DNA of 59,005 nucleotides from Perkinsus olseni (Eukaryota): NCBI GenBank assembly GCA_013115125.1, contig JABANN010000027.1, positions 62,001 to 121,005 of the forward strand, read 5' to 3'. Shown piece by piece: positions 51,588 to 59,005 of this stretch (position 1 is its first letter; each line of letters starts with the position of its first letter). The notes under the pieces were generated by a model. It saw only the letters and a program-made list of their open reading frames with translations, ran no database searches and was not told where the DNA came from. The position numbers and the translations under genes were made by a program.

Positions 51588-53211
51588 ATGACAATAACCT
51601 TTGATGGCTTTACTATTCCCATCGTTTTCCTCACGCTGGTCGCGGCTTACGTACTGAAGCTCCTCCTTTCGGCCAAAGTTGCAAGTGACAGCCCTAAACC
51701 ATCAAAAGGCGTTCGCTTGGAAACCCTGCTGGATCCGGAAGTCCGCAAGAATCATGTTGAATTCAATAAGAAGCTCCACAAAGATTTCCCTGGTCAACCT
51801 GTGATACCCGTAAGTCCGCTAGCATCACCATCCTGCCTGAAATGAATCCTCCCATCCCCAGGTGCTAGGCAGTGAGCCTGATTTTTACTTGGTCCACACG
51901 ATGGAGGCGGCCATGGAGGTCACCGCTAAGTCGGAGTACTTCTCGAGCAACCCATGGGTGGACGGACGCTTAGTAGCCCTCAACACGATGACAAAGACAG
52001 ATCATGATAGAGTTTTGAAGACCGTCAAACGGTGAGGGGAAAACGCTTCTTTCGGAGCATACTTGGGCTCTCAGGTTCTATGCTGCCTCCAAAGTAAAGG
52101 GCATTTACACGGAGATCATCGATCGGGCCTTCGCCGCCAATCGTCCTCTCCTCCGCACGACTGGTGACTTGGTGAAGTGGGCTAAGCGAGTGCAGATGTA
52201 CACCTCTCTGTGTGTTGCTGGGATTGCAAAGGACCCAACGCCAGAGCTCATCGACAGGTCAACACCGTCGTGGGCGCGAAAGGATTTCATTAGGAGTTTC
52301 TCAGGTTCATACACTATAATGATGTGGCTGTTCGACTAGTGTCTCCTCTGGGCGGCATCGGCCGTCGCCCGGCCCTCTCCTCAGCCGCTGCTATGGACTT
52401 CATCAGAGGCCTACTGGCCAGCGTCCGTCCGACCTTGCGTATGATAGTGGAGGTAGGGCTGTGGCCCACCCTACAGATCCTCCGTCCTGACTTGTCCCTG
52501 CGAAGAGGCATACGGCCCTACATGCATGTCTGGGAGTATCCGGAGCTCCTAGCGGAGACCCCTGAGTACTTCATCGCCCTCAACCGAGCCCTTCAGTCGC
52601 CCTTGTCGGGGACCCCAACAGAATCCCTAAAGGCGGCGGTGTTGCTCGGCACGATCTCAACGGCTGAGGCTCTGACCGTGATGGTCCAGTTGATGGTCAA
52701 CATGACGACTGCCAATGGGCTGCTCAATCTAGCCTCGAAGATTTCCTCCTGCGACCCGAGTATGTTGCCGAAGCCGGACGACGATAAAGGCGTTGTGAAG
52801 TTCTGCAAGGAGTGCATGAGAGTGGAGCCCTCGTTGATGCGGAACCCTCGGACTGTGATTAAGACCGGCGCGACCATTGGAGGCGTCACCATCCCGAAGG
52901 GCAGCCTTCTGCTCATCATGGTCGGTGCTGCCAATATCGACCCCAAAGCTTTCGGGGAGGAGGCCGCGGAGTTTAAGCCGGACAGATCGTCAGAGATCAA
53001 TTCGCTGACGTTCGGGTCAGGGCTGCATTACTGCCTAGGACGCTACCTTGTTGAAGCGCAGGCTCGTGCCGCGTACCGTGAACTGGTGGACGAGGACGGC
53101 GTTGGGCTGACAATTGATCGAACTAAGAAGAATGAGCGTGTTTCGGATGTTGATGTTGGAAACTACGGCTGGAAGAGCCTCTACGCTCTTGTCGATTCCC
53201 TGCCGAAGTAG
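51588..53211 (+). CDS. Cytochrome P450 with N-terminal membrane anchor
   Basis: Heme motif FGSGLHYCLG, ExxR (ECMR), PERF-like FKPDR, AANIDP; hydrophobic N-terminus. Confidence 0.9.
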
Positions 53212-53338
53212 ATAACGCAATTGGATTCTGCTTTTTATCATTTGGTTGTTCCCGTTTCGTGATCTCACGGTCATCGCTGTTGAGTCTAGCTCGCCGGGGT
53301 CAACCTCATTCCAGTGGCTTCCCATTCACTCTTCCAGT

Positions 53339-55412
53339 ATGCTGACTTCCGCCACCAGAAGATTCGTCCCAGCGACCGTCGGGGCGGTGGCTCACTCGAC
53401 CCGAGCCTTCACTTCCATGGCGACAGGGAGTCTCGATTTCATAAACTTTGATCCGTATAAGACTGATGGAGATCCGGTCAAACTGTAGGTGTTGTACTCA
53501 GCGCGTCTGCTAGTAAAGATTCCGCTGATATCCGAGCTTGATCCTTGCTCTCGATCAGTCATAATTTTTTGAACGGGCAGTGGGTGCCGGCTGCGAAGAC
53601 CATGGACATTGTGGACCCCCTCACAGGGAGGCCGATGCTTAGGATGCCAGACACGAGTGTCGGCGAGCTCGAGCCCTTTGTCAAGTCTATGAGGGCCATC
53701 CCCAAGAGTGGCCTTCACAATCCATTCGTAATCGGGAGCCCGCGGGTGCCAGAGATTCTCTTTTGGTTTCCTCAGCGTAACGTAGAGAGGTATCGCATGT
53801 ACGGTGACATCTCACACAAGCTGGCGGCGGAGCTACGGAAGAAGGAGGTTTCCGACCACTTCGCAAAGTACTCCCCTCCGTTATCACCCTATCACCATCG
53901 CGTCCCTACGAGGGCGCAGTTAGCAGTAGATTTCGAATGGAGACTGTAGGACTTGTCGCTCGCAGGTGTATTCAGAGAGTGGCTCCTAAGAGTTGGATCC
54001 AGAGTGTCGCCGAGGTCGATATTGTCCGCATTTTTTTGGAAAATTTCTCAGGCGATCAGGTCAGTAGGATTCAATCCTCTGCTTCCTTCATGGAGGGCCG
54101 TGTAGGTTCGATTCCTGGCACGAGGATTCACGGTGTCCGGTGATCGAGACGGCCAGCAAAGCCAGGGCTATCGATGGCCCTACGGTCCTACAGGTCCCAC
54201 CTCCCACCTGCTCCTGGAGCATCTTCAACTTGCTTCTTTCAGCTCTGATCGCTCCCTTCAACTTCCCCCTAGAGATCCCCGTCCTGCAACTGATGGGTGC
54301 TCTCTACATGGGTAACCATGTAACATTGAAATGCGCCTCGATGACGTCGATGGTCATGGAGGAGTGGCTGAGGCTGATGCATAAGGTAGCATCGTAGGCT
54401 TCACCGGGGGGCAGCCGCTGTGCAGGTCGGAGCTCCACCGACGGACGTTAATATGATCCACTGCGGTGGCAAGGTGGCCGAGACCCTCCTCATCGAAGGG
54501 AGGCCTCGCGTGACGCTTTTCACGGGCTCCAGCGTAGTGGCGGAGAGGTTGGCCTCGGTATGTTTGACTCGGTCAGCCACAGACTCTTTAGTGTGCTCCG
54601 CTGCCTGACAGGTGACAGCCGGGCGCATCAAGATCGAAGATGCTGGTTTCGACTGGAAGATCCTCGGTCCAGTTCGCAACATCGTGTCACAGCTCGAACA
54701 CATCGCGTGGACGTGCGATCAGGATGCCTACGCCCATACCGGCCAGAAGTGCTCCGCCCAGAGCATACTCTTCGCTCACCATGACTGGGTCAACGCAGGA
54801 CTATTCGAGAAGATGGGGGAGATAGCCAGAGAGAGATCTCTCAGTAACCTAACAATTGGTCCGGTCCTGAGCCATACTACGGCTGATATTCAAAACCACC
54901 AGGAGAAGCTTTTGAAGATCCCAGGCGCTAAGGTTCTCTTCGGTGGGAAGCCGTTGACTGGTCACACCATCCCCGAATGCTATGGAGCGTATGAGCCTAC
55001 TGCTGTCTTCGTGCCCATTGAGGAGCTCGTCAAACCGGAGAATTTCGGGACCTGTACGAAGGAGATCTTCGGACCATTCCAAGTTTGCACTGCATGGAAG
55101 AGCGACCAGCTCAAGCTTGTTCTAGATGCTACTGAGAGGATGAGTGCTCACCTCACGGCTGCCGTTATTTCCGACGATCCTCAAGTCAAAAACGCCATCC
55201 TTGGAGTCACGGTGAACGGCACTACCTACGCCGGATTGAGAGCGAGGACGACAGGCGCCCCTCAGAATCATTGGTTCGGCCCTGCTGGGGACCCGAGAGC
55301 TGCTGGTATTGGCAGCCCGGAGGCGATCAAATTGGTATGGAGTTGCCATCGTGAGATAATCCAGGATGATGGGCCCGTCCCCGAAGGATGGGTGCGCCCC
55401 ACCCCCTCCTAA
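53339..55412 (+). CDS. ALDH12A1: Delta-1-pyrroline-5-carboxylate dehydrogenase, ALDH12 (plant-type), likely mitochondrial
   Basis: RWPYGP, PFNFPLEIPVLQLMGALYMGN, FTGSS, EDAGFDWKILGP, GQKCSAQS, RARTTGAPQNHWFGPAGDPR; Arg/Ser/Thr-rich presequence. Confidence 0.93.
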
Positions 55413-56090
55413 GTTCGTCGGACACAACAGCCGAGAAAGACTAACTATTGACATGATGGAGGAGTTTCTTTGATTATCATACTGTTGAGTTTTGAGTATT
55501 CCCGTGGTCTATGGTATGCTTCTACGGTGATCTACGCTAGTAGGGTAGAAGTCAGACTTTCTCCTTCTCTGTGAGTGTCTTGATTGCGGACCCGCTGGTG
55601 ATTTGAGAGCGCGAGAGCGCGCCGGCATCGCAATTGTCATGTTGGTCGCTTACCGGGAGCAAATGATTGTAAGGAAAATAATGTTGTGAAGATACCGTTC
55701 TACTGTGCCAAAACAACGTCATGACGATCCCAGTAGAGTAAGGCAGTTGTTTTGCAGAATAACTGACAGTATATTATGTGTGGCACATGGATAGTGCCTT
55801 ATCAGTGATAAAACATATGCAATTCACTGCACTGATTTACTACGATCAAAAATTACGTTAAGAACACTGCAACAAACCCTAGAATGTAGTACTATGTTCC
55901 TCTGCGAAAATTCACCACGACCTTTACTCATTCCCTGAAATTTACCACGGGACTCCCTACTACTACTGACGCAACACTTGAATTATCATGCTGAAATTGA
56001 ACGTTATGTATGGGTCTAGCTTTGACAAGTTATATAAAAACAAGCAAAGACTTCCTCGACCTTACAATAACAACGTCATACCAACCTCAT

Positions 56091-56702
56091 TCACTGAGCA
56101 GCCGGCGAGACGCTTGCGCTGGGTGGCTGGACGGTGCTGGTGTACACAACATTGCCTGGCTGCTGAACTGTGTAGGAATGGCTATAACTAACCGGGGCAG
56201 TAGGATAGGCAGTAGGGGGCATACCAGCGACCTGACCAGTCCACTTGCGCTCACGCTCTTGGTGCTCCTGAACCATCTTCTGCTGATGAGCCTGAATATC
56301 AAGCTGCATAGCGGTAGTCTCAATCTGCATGCGCTGCTGAATTGCGGCCTGCTCCAAACCTCGGTTATTGGTCTGATACTGGCCCTCGAGGTCGAAGAGA
56401 GCGGCTTGACGCTCCTTCTCGATAGTTGCCTTGGTGTACTCCATCTGCCTGTCATGATCGGCGTTGATGTGAGACCTCTGAAGCTGATACATCTGATCGT
56501 GCTGCTGGAGAGCGAGCTTGACCCGAGACTCGAGCTCCCGAAAGGCCTTCTCCTTCTGCTTCATGACAATCTTCTCATCGATCATAGGACCGGAAGGAGG
56601 GGTGATAGATGAGGTGGTCGCAGGCTGAGTAGAGTAGTACGTGGCAGCTGTGGCCTGAGTAGTAGTAGCAGGAATGTGCTGAATGGTGACAGAAGCGCTC
56701 AT
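56091..56702 (-). CDS. Intronless Q-rich coiled-coil protein of unknown function
   Basis: ~200-aa ORF from MSASVTIQH, preceded by a pyrimidine tract and AG; Q/E/K-rich helical core flanked by T/P/Y-rich tails. Confidence 0.7.
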   Translation of the reverse strand: MSASVTIQHIPATTTQATAATYYSTQPATTSSITPPSGPMIDEKIVMKQKEKAFRELESRVKLALQQHDQMYQLQRSHINADHDRQMEYTKATIEKERQAALFDLEGQYQTNNRGLEQAAIQQRMQIETTAMQLDIQAHQQKMVQEHQERERKWTGQVAGMPPTAYPTAPVSYSHSYTVQQPGNVVYTSTVQPPSASVSPAAQ

Positions 56703-59005
56703 TGCTAGGGAAGAGATCAAACGTGAGCCTGAGAAGCGGGAACGAGTGAAAGAGCAGCTTAGGACACCGATTATGGAGTTTTTGGAACTCACCCCAACAT
56801 GAAACGGTTAGGGCGAGCGAGAAGTGATTCCGCGCCGACGGGAACTTTTCAAACTTTTTAGGATTTACGTCTTGGCTTCTTCCCACGAGCGAGATCTCGC
56901 ACAGAGAGTACCGAAACCGCTTCCAAATGGCCAACCGTACGTCGATAGCCACCCTGGGGAAATCCGCGTTGGTGAAGGGGTGAAGTAGTGCAATGGGCGG
57001 CACGACTATCGCCTAGGCAGCATGAATCGGAATGTTCCCTCCCCCAACAGCTCAGGGTAGAGTATTGTTATTCGTGCTGCTATCGCAGACGAATATTGAT
57101 TTCTCATCGTCGCTTTTGTATGATGTCGCTGCTGAAAGGTTCACGGCGACAAGGGGGTTCGATGATTGAGAAGCTTATGGCTGTAGCCAGCCTAGCCTTT
57201 CTACTGGCATCTTGGTGCTAACCTCCTGCTGTGACAACGATAGTCGTCGTAGCCTGCGTGTAAGCATGATGCGCTATCATGTTACTGGCGGGATATACAG
57301 CGGCAGTGCATTGCACGCAGTTGTGTTCGGGGTGGTCGTGAGCGGTCAAAGTCTTGCGCCAGTGCATGTGCCACCCCAATGGAGTGACTGTCAAATTTGC
57401 GTTGAGATAGTCTCGACTTCTACGTTAGGAAGGACTAAGGCCCGACTAAGTCTGACGAAGTCTTCGACTGAAGTCAGACGTACTCGATTGCTCGCTTCCC
57501 TGCAAGCGATTACCCATTACTATCGAGAAACCCTATTGCGAGGTGCCCCAAGCCCTCCTTATCTTCGTCTTCACTCGTTAAATTACCTCAGGACAGCTCG
57601 TTAAATTATCAAGTCGTCACTACAGATTCAGTTGTGTGGTCGAGTTACAGGAGTGCGCATCATCGCTGTAATTCTCAGTACCCTCTTGGATATCTGTCTG
57701 GTACTTTGATAATATCCACAACCTACGTAGTTCGTGTCCGTTGGCCTCACGAACAGTCGCGCGAAGTGCTACTACAGTAGTGATCAACATAAATCGACAC
57801 ACGAGATTGATATACATCAGGCCGCTCCGTCATAACATGATCATCGATCAAAGAAGCTGAAGAGTCGTCAGACTGACGTCAGTGACGACCTTCCCACCCG
57901 ACGGGTTGATTTCTTACATCATGACTGAAGGTTTTTGCCCAAGGTTTTCCTCGTCTTAGGAGTAGCGCAGCTACCCGAAGCGGCCAGCTTGTACACACAC
58001 CAGACGAACGACGCCAAGATCTTGAAAAAATGCACAGCCCGGCTGTTACAGCCTGTGAAATCGCGCTTCGCCGATATATGTGATGTCACTTGGCCATGTA
58101 TGTCCTGAGCTCTGCCGTAGCGCCTTTCATCCTCTTACTTGTATTCGGCGCCGAGATTTTGTATGCAGAAGAGTGTGCGATAGCTGCTCTTTGAATATAC
58201 CACTCGAGTTTGATGAATGCGGTTCTCCTGCTTGCTACGCTAATCTCGATTGTCTCGAGCTATCCAAGCGTTAACCTACATGTCGATACTCCTCTCGCCT
58301 CGCTAGGAGAGCGAACAACAACGGGTTGGCCCCTAAACCTCGTATTATAGCTAGTTGACCGGGCTCGGCTGTTCTCAGGTGGATTGCCTACCTATCGACT
58401 CCTACCGTCGCGAGGGAACTCGTTCGCTGAGTTTGCGCCGCCGAGAATTAATGTTTTTGTAGAGGGTCGACGTTCATCCAGGCCACCCGCATTGTCTGAG
58501 GAAGAGCGATATCCGATACGAGAATCCGGAGAGACAATCGATGTTCACGTCGAATCCGAGATTCCCCAGTACCTTTCCGTGGGCACCCAGAGCCTGCGAC
58601 AGCTTTTACGGGGCGAAGAAGCTCTGAAAAAGCGCGTTAGTCAAACAGGTGAGCGTTTCTTCCTTTATACGACACGCGGTGCATATTGAGATCACCAACC
58701 TCTTTTATTTATGACCAAAGTATGAGCCGACACCGGAAGCTATAGTCAAAGCGAGGTAGCATAGTGTTTCTCTTGTCGCCATTTGGATTTGGGTTCAAAT
58801 CATCTTCTCGGTTAACTGGAGTAGTAGATCGAACCCTACAACCTCTTCAGAAGCTGAATGATATTTCCCAAGGCCTGCTTCGCTGTATTGGTATCTGAAG
58901 TAATGTACCGCTGTTTCTCGACAGATCGAATCATTTGTAGATTTGTCTGGTCGTTGCCGAGGAATCTCTGCGTGCTTCTATAGAGAAGCACTTAGCCAGC
59001 TATTA

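Noticed and set aside
57000-59005. Short ORFs at the window end
   Set aside because: No motifs or consistent exon chain, so a call cannot be supported.
1-59005. Stop-codon reassignment, CRISPR array or prokaryotic operon
   Set aside because: In-frame stops in the recognised genes are resolved by canonical GT-AG introns; there is no repeat-spacer array.

Overview
Gene-dense eukaryotic DNA with many short (mostly ~40-70 nt) GT-AG introns and very short intergenic gaps. The style and gene content suggest an alveolate protist, probably Perkinsus-like (inference). Recognisable genes: NAPRT, an ankyrin protein, a Ctr copper transporter with a large N-terminal extension, a coiled-coil protein, a Y-family polymerase gene, a PKA regulatory subunit locus, two tandem Dicer-like genes, DNA polymerase alpha, a NO66-type JmjC oxygenase, dynein p28, a cytochrome P450 and ALDH12/P5CDH. 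There are also two U3 snoRNA genes. Most notable: (1) a Pol eta-like domain and a Rev1-like domain joined in one uninterrupted reading frame; (2) two Dicer paralogues, both with a degenerate RNase IIIa, an intact RNase IIIb and no recognisable PAZ; (3) an apparent double PKA-R with two pseudosubstrate sites and four cNMP domains; (4) a 2OG-Fe(II) oxygenase-like/Cys-rich/Ctr fusion; (5) a U3 copy antisense inside an intron that shares an upstream element with the second copy. Exon boundaries were read by eye and no database searches were run.
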